Below are positions 1-8,841 of a stretch of DNA of 64,000 bases, piece by piece; the first letter of the stretch is position 1, and each line of letters begins with the position of its first letter. The notes beneath the pieces are model-generated. The model saw only the letters and a program-made list of their open reading frames with translations, had not been told where the DNA came from and did not search any database. Made by a program: the position numbers and the translations under genes. The stretch is from Kofleriaceae bacterium. Lineage in GTDB: Bacteria > Myxococcota_A > Polyangia > Haliangiales > Haliangiaceae. The stretch covers positions 1-64,000 of the forward strand of contig CBDCCZ010000039.1 of assembly GCA_965215005.1 (NCBI GenBank), written 5' to 3'.

Positions 1-520
1 ACAGAGGCCGTTGCCAAACTCGCGCCGCAAGCAGGCAGCAAGAGTCCATTGGGCAAAGCCGTCGTCTACTTTCAACGCCAGCTGCCAACACTCGAGGTCT
101 TTCTTACCGATGGCTCGCTGCCCATCTCCAACGCCCACGTCGAGCGCCGGCTGCGCACCGTCGGCATCTTCCGCAAAAACTGCCTCTTCGTCGGCAGCAT
201 CGAGGCAGGTCAGCGCTTCGCCATCCTCCTCTCGCTCGTTCTCCAGTGCGAGCTCGACGGCGTCAATCCCTACGACTACCTCGCCGACGTCATCGACAAA
301 GTCGCTAACGGCTGGAAGATGAGTCGCGCCCCTGAGCTCCTGCCACGCGCCTGGCTCGCCGCCCGCGAGCGCCCAGAGCAGCCCGCCGGCGATACTCTCT
401 CCTGACGTCAAAGCGTCGGCGAGTCCGTCCTCGGCGGCTCTTCCTGATTCACTCCGTTCCACCCCTACCTTTTGCCACAGCCGCACGGCCTTAGGCAGGT
501 GCGCGCTGTCGGGCGCTTAC
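1..520 (+). mobile_element. IS66-family element, right-hand part with terminal inverted repeat
   Basis: A transposase C-terminus is followed by ...GTCGGGCGCTTAC ending at 520. Its reverse complement, GTAAGCGCCCGAC, matches the GTAA(G)CG start typical of IS66 ends. Confidence 0.85.
49..405 (+). CDS. tnpC: IS66 transposase TnpC, C-terminal part (the gene starts before the window)
   Basis: Motifs PISNAHVERRLR, RKNCLFVGS and GVNPYDYLADV...ELLP are characteristic of the IS66 TnpC C-terminus. Confidence 0.9.
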   Translation: MGKAVVYFQRQLPTLEVFLTDGSLPISNAHVERRLRTVGIFRKNCLFVGSIEAGQRFAILLSLVLQCELDGVNPYDYLADVIDKVANGWKMSRAPELLPRAWLAARERPEQPAGDTLS

Positions 521-935
521 GCTGCTGCGACGAGAGGCATCTACAGCTCGTACCTATCACACCGCAGGCAACTTTTCAGCTCGCCAAGCCGGTGAAGCAA
601 TGAAGCAATCTGAGCTCGAGCCGCGCTCTTTACCCACGGCGGGCGCTTCCTGACGCCCGTTGACACACGGCAGCGTCGGCTGCTGGACAACCTGGACGTC
701 GCGCTGGAGGCGACGTCGGGAAAGCGGGCGCGCAAGGAGGTAACGCGTGAGCGCAAGCTGCAGCGGGAAGTCGCGGCGCTGGAGGCGCGAGCCCGCGGAG
801 AGAGCACGTCATCGCCGAGTGTGTCGCGTTAAAAAAGAGCTTGGGGAGTCCTGGCGGGCCAGTGGGTTCCTCATGATCTGCGTGACGAGGTCGTCAGCTT
901 CGTCGCGAGATGGTCTGAGCGCACTGCATATTTCC
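521..935 (+). pseudogene. Degenerate IS3-family orfA/orfB fragments
   Basis: Broken frames read LLRRE-IYSSYLSH and QRRLLDNLDVALE. An AAAAAAG slippery motif at 831-837 is followed by GQWVPHDLRDEVVSFVARWSERT, which resembles an IS3-family orfB start. Truncated. Confidence 0.65.
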
Positions 936-937
936 AT

Positions 938-2410
938 TCAGGGGACTAGTTCATGGACAGGTAATCCGTGAACAGTCGCCCATTCGTGAAGTGCCTCCCG
1001 CGCCTGACGAGCCGGACCTCGAACAACGATTACTGCATCCTCAATTTTCAACTCCCCTAGCGCCTCATTGACCTCCGCCGGCGACACACCATCCAAATTC
1101 TCAAGCCAACTGTAGGGCTCGAATCCTAGCCAGACGTCCTGAGCGCTCAGTGCAGTGCTCGCCATCCCCGCCGAAGTCTGCATAGACCACAGCAGAGGAA
1201 ATCGAGCTACGTGCTGCGCTCGTGCGAGTTCCCTCTCATCGATCGCCTGCCCCGCCGACATTACCTTCATTAATGCAGCTAAGCCCGGTGCCAACTGCTT
1301 CGGCGCTAGCGACACGTGAGCTGAAAACAACGCGCGTTCTTCGTTCAGTGTTGTCATTAGTGTATGGGCTGAATACGCGAGGTCATCGTCCACTGCCAGA
1401 GCCCGATTTAGCAGCGAGGCGTAGCCGGAGCCGAGCGTAGCATCCAACAACACCAGCCTCGCGAGCGCCGCAGAGTCAGCAACCTCCACCACATACCCAG
1501 CGGCCACCTCGAACTGTTCTGCATGCGGCACATCCAGCAGCAGCAGGTGGCCCGACACGCTGGCGCCGCGCTGCAGGGAGGTCTCTGGCACCGCTGGTGC
1601 ATCCATAGTCGGCGCGAACCGCGCTGCAGCACCGCTTATAGCCTCGGTGAGATCCCCCGGCCCAGCTACCGCGATCCATCGTTCAGCCGCAGCAATAAGA
1701 GCTCTCGCCTCACTTACCCGCATTCTCGCCAGAGATTTCCCTCTAGGCCATACGTCCTCACCGCGGGCCCAGAGGACCGCGTCTAGCGCGTTCGCCACCG
1801 CCCGTGGGGCATCCGCCTGCCGCTGCCGCCGCACCTCCCAAGCCTCGGCTACATCGCGGCCCTCGGCGGCCACAGCGCTCCCTCTTTGTGCGCAGCGTCT
1901 GGCGGTCTCATACAAAGTATCCGTAGCACTCGGCAACGAAGTCAACGTGGCTTGCACCAAGTTGCGCGTTCGCTCTACTTCCGCCTTCACGGGGACTCCC
2001 CGACCTTCTTTAGCAACGGCGCGAAGGCACTGCTGTAGCCGAACCGAAAGCATTTCAGCCGTCCAGCTGGCCAATCGGTGGCCACCGGGAAGTCGCCACG
2101 CCATACTCACGGAAGCCGTCGTTAGCCCCTTGCGCTGAAAGGCAACGATCCCCCCATGCGGGAGACGACGTACAACGGATTGCGGCTTCATGGGAGTGGC
2201 TGTGGTCCCATCCGGCGGCTTGGTCCGCCAATCCTGGAAGGCGAGTTCAGCGCGCCTCCCCCTCTTAGCTGAGATCTCACGCGCTGCCATGACGACAGTT
2301 GTCGGTGTCTCCACGTTATCACCGCCTCGAGTTCCTTCGCACGAGCTCACGCTAGCCAATAGCGCCAGAGCTTTCGCTATGGCGTTGTTTCGGATGACGG
2401 CAACGCCCAC
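938..2410 (-). CDS. M16 (insulinase-like) peptidase, non-catalytic partner subunit, probable lipoprotein
   Basis: M16 C-terminal-domain features (LGSGYASLLNRAL..DDLAYSA, ELARAQ), no HxxEH motif, N-terminal hydrophobic stretch ending LASVSSC. Overlaps the end of the upstream M16 gene. Confidence 0.75.
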   Translation of the reverse strand: MGVAVIRNNAIAKALALLASVSSCEGTRGGDNVETPTTVVMAAREISAKRGRRAELAFQDWRTKPPDGTTATPMKPQSVVRRLPHGGIVAFQRKGLTTASVSMAWRLPGGHRLASWTAEMLSVRLQQCLRAVAKEGRGVPVKAEVERTRNLVQATLTSLPSATDTLYETARRCAQRGSAVAAEGRDVAEAWEVRRQRQADAPRAVANALDAVLWARGEDVWPRGKSLARMRVSEARALIAAAERWIAVAGPGDLTEAISGAAARFAPTMDAPAVPETSLQRGASVSGHLLLLDVPHAEQFEVAAGYVVEVADSAALARLVLLDATLGSGYASLLNRALAVDDDLAYSAHTLMTTLNEERALFSAHVSLAPKQLAPGLAALMKVMSAGQAIDERELARAQHVARFPLLWSMQTSAGMASTALSAQDVWLGFEPYSWLENLDGVSPAEVNEALGELKIEDAVIVVRGPARQAREALHEWATVHGLPVHELVP

Positions 2411-3705
2411 ACTTTCACCGCTTTCGCATCTTCTAGCCAGTCGACCACCCGTGCCCGCGTCGATGCTTCGAGTAATGCAAGGCCACCATGTTCATCGGGA
2501 CCTGCCGTCGGAAATCGCCAGCCCCAGAACGTGCGTCGGACGACATCTTGAGCACGATCGATGACCAGCTCAAGCTTCTCCGCGCGCTCTAACGATACTC
2601 GAGCACTGGCTCCGCTATAGGTAGCGGGCTCATCTCGAAACCGAGCGAGTAATTCGGCGAAGGCTTGGACAAAAACTTTCTCCACCCTAACCTCAACCAC
2701 CTCGTCCGACGCGGCGACGTCGCACCGAAAAATACTGCCTAGGCGGCGGAGATAACTTACACATTCAACCCCCCGTGCCCATCCCTTGGGGAGTTTATCC
2801 GCAAGTGCCTCCTTCAGCCGCAAGTTGAGAAACTCTGCCAGCACCGCCAGCGCGAGTTCTTCTTCGAAGGAAGCGACCGGTTGAATCCAAGCAAACGTCA
2901 GTCGCGGCGCCGGAACATCGGCCGCCGAAACATGCGAGACTCCTGGCCTCCGTGCCGCAGAACGAGCACGTCCCTCCACATCTAAGGACCTTCGCTTTCC
3001 TGATGACGCGTCATGAAAGTACCGCGCAACTAGAGCACGGACCTCCGCAATGTCAACAGGACCCACGACGACTAGCAGCGCATTGCTTGGCGTATAGAAG
3101 CCTCTGTAAAAGCGACGCGCCTCTTGAACTGTAAAGCCTCGCAGCGTCTCTTCACGACCGATAATCCTCCCCGCATAAGGATGATCGGCGCCATAAAGCC
3201 TCTCCGCTAAGCGCCACTCCGCCGATGTGTACGGAACGCTGTCGACCGTTTGCGCCTTCTCGTGAAGTACAACCTCCAGTTGATGCGCCAACCTCGCTGC
3301 GACGAGTCCCGACTCGGCATACATCAACCTCTCTGACAACAACCAGAACGGAACGGCAAGTTGCCCAAGAGGCACCGCAAACTCGTACGACGTCCAATCA
3401 TACTTTGTAACCGCGCGCTGCCCGCCCCCAACATCCTCGATATGCCGCGTGTGCACCTGCCGATCCGCATGAAGCGTCCCCTCAAACAGAAGATGCTCAA
3501 AAAGGTGGCTAACTCCGGATTGCTGCGGCGTCTCGTGCGCTGGTCCTGCATTTACAGCTAACGTGACTGCAACCAGCGGTGCGCTGGGCTGCGGCACAAC
3601 AACGACTTGCAAGCCATTTGGCGTCGTCCACGTCTCGGCTACCTCTGCATGAACGTCGCTAGCTGACAGCATCATTATCCCGAAAACGAGCAGCACGCAT
3701 CTCAT
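2377..3705 (-). CDS. M16 (pitrilysin-family) zinc peptidase, catalytic subunit, with signal peptide
   Basis: PNGLQVVV, SGVSHLFEHLLFEGT (inverted zincin HxxEH), HPY..IIG and FYTPSNALLVVVG. Signal peptide MRCVLLVFGIMMLSASDVHA; SD-like GAGG upstream. Confidence 0.92.
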   Translation of the reverse strand: MRCVLLVFGIMMLSASDVHAEVAETWTTPNGLQVVVVPQPSAPLVAVTLAVNAGPAHETPQQSGVSHLFEHLLFEGTLHADRQVHTRHIEDVGGGQRAVTKYDWTSYEFAVPLGQLAVPFWLLSERLMYAESGLVAARLAHQLEVVLHEKAQTVDSVPYTSAEWRLAERLYGADHPYAGRIIGREETLRGFTVQEARRFYRGFYTPSNALLVVVGPVDIAEVRALVARYFHDASSGKRRSLDVEGRARSAARRPGVSHVSAADVPAPRLTFAWIQPVASFEEELALAVLAEFLNLRLKEALADKLPKGWARGVECVSYLRRLGSIFRCDVAASDEVVEVRVEKVFVQAFAELLARFRDEPATYSGASARVSLERAEKLELVIDRAQDVVRRTFWGWRFPTAGPDEHGGLALLEASTRARVVDWLEDAKAVKVWALPSSETTP

Positions 3706-3723
3706 ATCTACCTCTTCTGAGGA

Positions 3724-3927
3724 CTACTTCGGTTTCTTGTTGAAGGAGGTCATTCCTTGCCCATCATCCTCTCCGCCGCGCACCTCCTCCATAGCCGCCG
3801 TCGTTAACACGCGCACAGTGCTGACCTTCAAGGCAAGTCGTCCTTTTCCGCTAGCCAAGCCTGGCGTCGACCCAGCACCCAATCGACCCAATCCGTCCAT
3901 CGAGCGACTATTCCTGTTCCTCTTCAT
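3724..3927 (-). CDS. Small peptide with a double-glycine-type leader (putative precursor peptide)
   Basis: Strong SD TAAGGAG (3934-3940, minus strand) 6 nt before the ATG at 3927. Fills the gap between the kinase and peptidase genes. Sequence ...RLALKVSTVRVLTTAAMEEVRGG|EDDGQGMTSFNKKPK. Confidence 0.75.
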   Translation of the reverse strand: MKRNRNSRSMDGLGRLGAGSTPGLASGKGRLALKVSTVRVLTTAAMEEVRGGEDDGQGMTSFNKKPK

Positions 3928-3961
3928 CATCAACTCCTTATGTCTTGAAAGTTGCCGACCG

Positions 3962-6900
3962 TCAATGGCCGTTCACGAAGAACTTACCGAGCATATTTCG
4001 AGACCAAATTGAGAGCTCGCCTCCGACTCCAGCGCTCGCGAGCAGCTGCCCATCTGGAGAATACTCAAGTGCTCTTACCTCATCCGAGCCGGCAGGCAAG
4101 ATCGCACGTGCACCAAGGGAGGGACGGTAGAGAAAAATCTCGCCGGTGTCGAAAGCCACCGCGACCTCTTCGCCTCGCTGATCAGCAGCAAGCGATGTTG
4201 GCTTGCGCTGCCCAACCGAGACACACCGCTTAGAGAAGCGGCCTGAGAGAACACATAGAACTCCATCCTCCGCGACCCAGCTAATCAACCCGCTAACATA
4301 TACTAGCTCTCTCACTCGAGCCTCATGCCGTGCGATGACATAGCTTACCGAACGCTCAGGGTCACACAGCATTACCCGGCCGTCTGCAGTTGAGAATACC
4401 GAATAACGACTGGATAATACTGCCAACCCGAGAACACTGGTTCCATCCACGCGACATACTCCGAGTGGGGCCCCGTCGGGGCCCCATCGCTTTACGTAGC
4501 CATCAATCCCCGCTGTAAAAAGAACTGGCGATTGCTCATGACCAGCGCTCGCCACTCGGAAAATGTCGCCGTGATGGGCATTGATAGAAATCGGGACATT
4601 GGAATCATGGCCCGAAATTATGAGGTTTCCATCAGAGCCGACGCTGGCGACTACTCCGCGCGTTGTTATCAGAAAGTCCCAAATCACCCCGTTATGCTGG
4701 TGGAGTCCGACACTCGACCTGTCCGAATCCCATCTGCGCAGCGTCCCATCCCAACTCGCGGTGAAGACTTCATCCCGCCGCAATCCAAATTTCGCACCGT
4801 ACGTAAGCGCATCATGACCATCAAAGATTCTTAGCGCCTTAAGCGGCAGACCGGCAGTAGACCACAGCCGGACCGTCCGATCATATCCATCAGTCAGCAG
4901 AGAGCGCGAGTCATCGCTGAATTTCGTATTATAGACGATATTCTGCTGCGTATCTATCAGGAGCCTACGAGAATGCGGGATCTGCCAGACACGTACCTGC
5001 TGCCGACTGTCTGCTGATGCAAGCCACCTGCCGTCCGGCGAGAATGACAATTCCGCAAACATCGATCCTTCGTGCCCCCTGAGATACCAGTAGTCGTGTG
5101 TGCGCAGATCTGCCAGCCATATTAGCCCACGCTCGTCAGCGAATGCGACGAAGCGAGAGTCTGGAGAGAACGCCGCGTCCACGATCCGTGTCTCGAGAGA
5201 TCTGCGCAACTTGACTCGTTTCTCGGCAGAATCCCGGACCACCACCTTACCCAACTCGTCGCCATAAGCGACCAGTCTACCATCAGGCGCTGCAGCAACC
5301 GCGGTGACTTGGTTAGACGAGTCGTTCCAATCTTCTTTTAGGGAGCCTGATGATTCATACATTTTTACGGTCGACCCACTCGCCGCGATCACGCCCGTTC
5401 CCGTGGCAACGAGCCCCATTCCGCCCAAGTTATCACAATCTCCCAATCGCAACGATATCCGTGGAGGCAGAGGATGCGCATAGAGACCCAATTCGCTGCA
5501 CAGGTACACAGTGCCATCTTCGTCAACAGTAAGGTCTCGCGCTGATATACTAGAAATAACCTCGGCACGTAGCGCTACAGTGTCATACCGCATCACCCCG
5601 CCACCTTCGAGCTGAGCGACAGCATACCTTCCAGCAGTGCGAAGGACGCGCACAGGAGAGTAGATCGTTGATAAAACTTCATCTCTATCGCCTGGTTTAG
5701 AATAGATGCGAACGGCGCTGCGCGTCGCATAGACGAGTTGCTCTTCGGCGAACGCGGCTTGAGCGAATGGGCCCAACTGGTCTGTTACGGTGTCGAATTC
5801 GCCAGAATGGATATCCCAGAGTCGGAGTGTCCGATCGACTGAGGCAGTAGCAAGTCCGCGGGCAGAAAAACTCATGCTTAGGATTAGCGCATCGTGCCCT
5901 TCTAGGATCGTATAGGCCACTCCACGTGCATTCGCCGCGGCAGTCGTATTGAGTGCGCGCTCACGCGATGAGAGACGGGCCTCGTCCTCGAGCCATTGAA
6001 GCGCTTTCGTCGGGTCGCGCTCAAGGCTCTTCTCTGCGTGAACGAGGACGAGCTCATCGCGCTGAGCCTCAAGTTCCTGCGATGAAGCTACGGCGGCGGA
6101 GCGCTCTGCTCTGGCGAGATCCCTCTGGTCGAGCGCCGCAAACAGCCCGGCGGAGCTTGCAAGAGCGATTAGCGAGAGGCCGAGTAATCCTACCAGGGTC
6201 GTCAGCCGATTCCGCATCATCCAGCTGACGATCACCTCATTCCGGGAGTAGGAATGAACCGTTACCAATCTCCCTGAGAGAATCGCTCTGACATCCTCTG
6301 CCAAATCTTTGGCGGAGTCGTAGCGTGAGACCCTATCCTCGTTCGTCGCCTTCGAAATGATTGAATCCAAGGCGGGCGGGATCTTCTTACCATGCAAAAA
6401 GGAAGTCTTCGCCGCAGACGTTTTCTCTCGCCACTTCAGATAGTCTTCTCCGATCAAGATGTGAGCCAACGTGCAACCCAGGCCGAATACATCGGTCCGT
6501 TCGTCCGTTTCGACGCCGATAGCCTGTTCGGGCGCCATATAGGCTGGTGTTCCGATGACGGCCCCCTTGCCGGTCAGTTCTTCACTTCGACTAATCGGGC
6601 TTTTGTGCCGCCGATAGTCTCCAGTTTCGGCGGTGTGCCCCAGTTCTTTGGCCAATCCCCAATCAACAACGAATGTCTCGCCATAGTCGCCGACGACTAT
6701 GTTCCCGGGCTTGATGTCTCTGTGAATTATGCCTTCCGAGTGCGCGTATGCTATGGCGTCGGCGGCCGCTGCGATTATGGGAAGGAGCGCCATCCGGCTG
6801 GACAGGTCGGTTGAGCTTTGCAACAACTCCTTCAACGAGCGGCCTGAGATGAACTTCATCACGTAGTAGGGGATACCATCTCGCGTGCGGCCGATCTCGT

Positions 6901-7357
6901 GGATCGGAACTATCCCTCCGTGCTCAAGTCGGGCAGTTAGAGTTGCCTCGCGGAGAAATCGATGCTCGCCACGTTCACCTGGATCCAACAGTTCCTTGAT
7001 GGCGACGATTCGGTCCAAATGCTGGTCGTAGGCGCGCAGGATCCGTCCTAGGCCGCCTCTATCGTGCTCAGAGAGAATTACGTAGCGTTCAGGATAGCCG
7101 TAGACTTCCGACGGATTAGCGAGAGCCGGCCTCTCCGAGCGCTCCCGCCACCGGTGGTGAGCAGTAGAATCTCTGGTCAATGGAACAATAGACGAATCGC
7201 GCCCGAGGGAGCCCGGAATGAGAGCATTGTCCTCGGCAGTGTACGTACGGTCGACAGTAGAGCGGAGAATTGTTCCCTCAACTGCTCGGCTAGGCTTTCT
7301 CATCTCCTTATTGGGAAGGTAGTCGTCCACGGGCTCCTCGTTCGTCCGCGTCCGCAC
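3962..7357 (-). CDS. Membrane-anchored Ser/Thr protein kinase with C-terminal WD40 beta-propellers
   Basis: GGLGRI, VAIKE, HRDIKPGN, DWG, GTPAYMAPEQ; TM segment LTTLVGLLGLSLIALASSAGLFAAL; many GH...WD/W repeats (LEGHDALI...TLRLWD, LRGHEG...VRVW). Start codon uncertain. Confidence 0.93.
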   Translation of the reverse strand: MRTRTNEEPVDDYLPNKEMRKPSRAVEGTILRSTVDRTYTAEDNALIPGSLGRDSSIVPLTRDSTAHHRWRERSERPALANPSEVYGYPERYVILSEHDRGGLGRILRAYDQHLDRIVAIKELLDPGERGEHRFLREATLTARLEHGGIVPIHEIGRTRDGIPYYVMKFISGRSLKELLQSSTDLSSRMALLPIIAAAADAIAYAHSEGIIHRDIKPGNIVVGDYGETFVVDWGLAKELGHTAETGDYRRHKSPISRSEELTGKGAVIGTPAYMAPEQAIGVETDERTDVFGLGCTLAHILIGEDYLKWREKTSAAKTSFLHGKKIPPALDSIISKATNEDRVSRYDSAKDLAEDVRAILSGRLVTVHSYSRNEVIVSWMMRNRLTTLVGLLGLSLIALASSAGLFAALDQRDLARAERSAAVASSQELEAQRDELVLVHAEKSLERDPTKALQWLEDEARLSSRERALNTTAAANARGVAYTILEGHDALILSMSFSARGLATASVDRTLRLWDIHSGEFDTVTDQLGPFAQAAFAEEQLVYATRSAVRIYSKPGDRDEVLSTIYSPVRVLRTAGRYAVAQLEGGGVMRYDTVALRAEVISSISARDLTVDEDGTVYLCSELGLYAHPLPPRISLRLGDCDNLGGMGLVATGTGVIAASGSTVKMYESSGSLKEDWNDSSNQVTAVAAAPDGRLVAYGDELGKVVVRDSAEKRVKLRRSLETRIVDAAFSPDSRFVAFADERGLIWLADLRTHDYWYLRGHEGSMFAELSFSPDGRWLASADSRQQVRVWQIPHSRRLLIDTQQNIVYNTKFSDDSRSLLTDGYDRTVRLWSTAGLPLKALRIFDGHDALTYGAKFGLRRDEVFTASWDGTLRRWDSDRSSVGLHQHNGVIWDFLITTRGVVASVGSDGNLIISGHDSNVPISINAHHGDIFRVASAGHEQSPVLFTAGIDGYVKRWGPDGAPLGVCRVDGTSVLGLAVLSSRYSVFSTADGRVMLCDPERSVSYVIARHEARVRELVYVSGLISWVAEDGVLCVLSGRFSKRCVSVGQRKPTSLAADQRGEEVAVAFDTGEIFLYRPSLGARAILPAGSDEVRALEYSPDGQLLASAGVGGELSIWSRNMLGKFFVNGH

Positions 7358-7792
7358 CTAGCGGGTTCATGCGGCGAGTCCAACTTCGGCAGGGAGTACC
7401 ACAGAGAGGCGAAGATGTGTCGACTTTTCGCCGGCAACACCTGGCAAAGATTGGCAGTCTCGAAAGAACGAGTGCGTGTTGTCAAGATGGTGATATCGGT
7501 AACGAACTGCGAAAGTAGTGGAGACCACAGTCGCACGCTCGCCGCGCGCATTTGCCTCTGTTGCGCAGCAGCCTACCTGGCGGCGCATAGCGATTTCGAC
7601 GCGGGTTGAATGAGCAACTTCGAGCCGCGGCAAAAGCTGGCTGCGCTCGTCGTCGGTGCTTTTCTTGCGCCGCTGCGGGCGGCGTCGTCACGCGCTCGGT
7701 TCGAAGGCCGGGGCATCGTTTGGAGCCGGCTCGATCAAAAGGAGTGAGGGGCCGAGGTTCAGTCACACCTGGCCCTTCGTGTTTCAAGATTT

Positions 7793-8030
7793 GTTGTCAT
7801 CTCAGAGGCGAACCAGCGCAAGGCTCATCGAGTCGAGCATTCAGCTCAAGTCTTGGATGGAGACTCCGCTGGATGTGGCGGTGGTGCGTCCTGTTCGGTG
7901 CCCTAGCTGTGAGGCGGTGGGGGCGCTTTAGGAGGACGCGTGGGGCATGGTCTTCGCCGACGGCAGCAGCGCAGGCCACGGCTCCCGGGCAAGGAGCCGG
8001 TGGTCGTGGAGGACCTGGGCAGACCGCCCC
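7793..8030 (+). pseudogene. Transposon-associated Zn-ribbon ORF remnant (DUF6431-like), frameshifted
   Basis: Broken frames KSWMETPLDVAVVRPVRCPSCEA and GHGLRRRQQR.P..PGKEPVVVE resemble the CxxC...GHG.R.RQ ORFs of myxobacterial transposons. Recognised from memory only. Confidence 0.5.
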
Positions 8031-8841
8031 AACGAACCGAGTACCCAGCCATATCGCCAAGGGACGCTGAACTGTTGGCGTCGCCTCGGAGTGGCGTCAA
8101 AGGCGTGGAGCGGCACTTCTTGCCGAGTCGAACTGGGTCTGGGCCCACGGCTCCGCTTCGGCGCGTCGAGGACATGATCGACTTGGCCCAGATCCGCGCC
8201 ATGGGAAGAGCCGGCTGCCGCTACTGAGCGTGACTGAGCGCACTCAAGGGCTCGTCGGATCCGCGAGCTCGCGCGAGCCTGATGGATGGATCTCGGGACC
8301 GATCCGGATCTGAAGGAAGATGTCCAGGTGATGCTGCGCCGTCTGAAGCACCGGCGGCGCTAACTCATCCTCTTAAGTGCCATAGCTCAGCTAATCTAAT
8401 GTACGACGCGCACTGGTCACGGGTTGTGGGGTCCGACCGCGTCGCGCTCGCCGTTCTCCAGTGTGAGACAGCGACTCGCGAGGCGTTGCGTCAGTGGCGG
8501 CACGCTTTAGATCTTTCGATGCGCAACCATCGGATTCTCGCGCCCGCCGCGCTCGTCACTCGTAATCTCGCTGCGCTTGCGTGCCTGCGGCGCCTCCGAC
8601 ATCGACCGGAGCTGGTCCGGGATTCGCCGCTGACTCGCAAGCGACTGTTAGAGCTCAGTGTCTCGCGTCGGTCTTGACTGGTAGGTGAATCCTCGGCTCG
8701 CAAATGGGGGGCTGGCTGCGGCGGAGACATGAACAGGCGTGCGGGGGCGGCGGCGTGGACGCGGTGGGGCTGCGCGGCGGCGTTCGCTTGGGTTGCTCGG
8801 CGGGGTTGCGCGGCGGGCCGCGAGAGGCTACCAGATGCATC

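Noticed and set aside
3724..3927. Lanthipeptide biosynthetic cluster
   Set aside because: The core has no Cys, and no LanB/LanC/LanM/LanKC gene is present. The kinase is a Hanks kinase-WD40 without lyase or cyclase domains.
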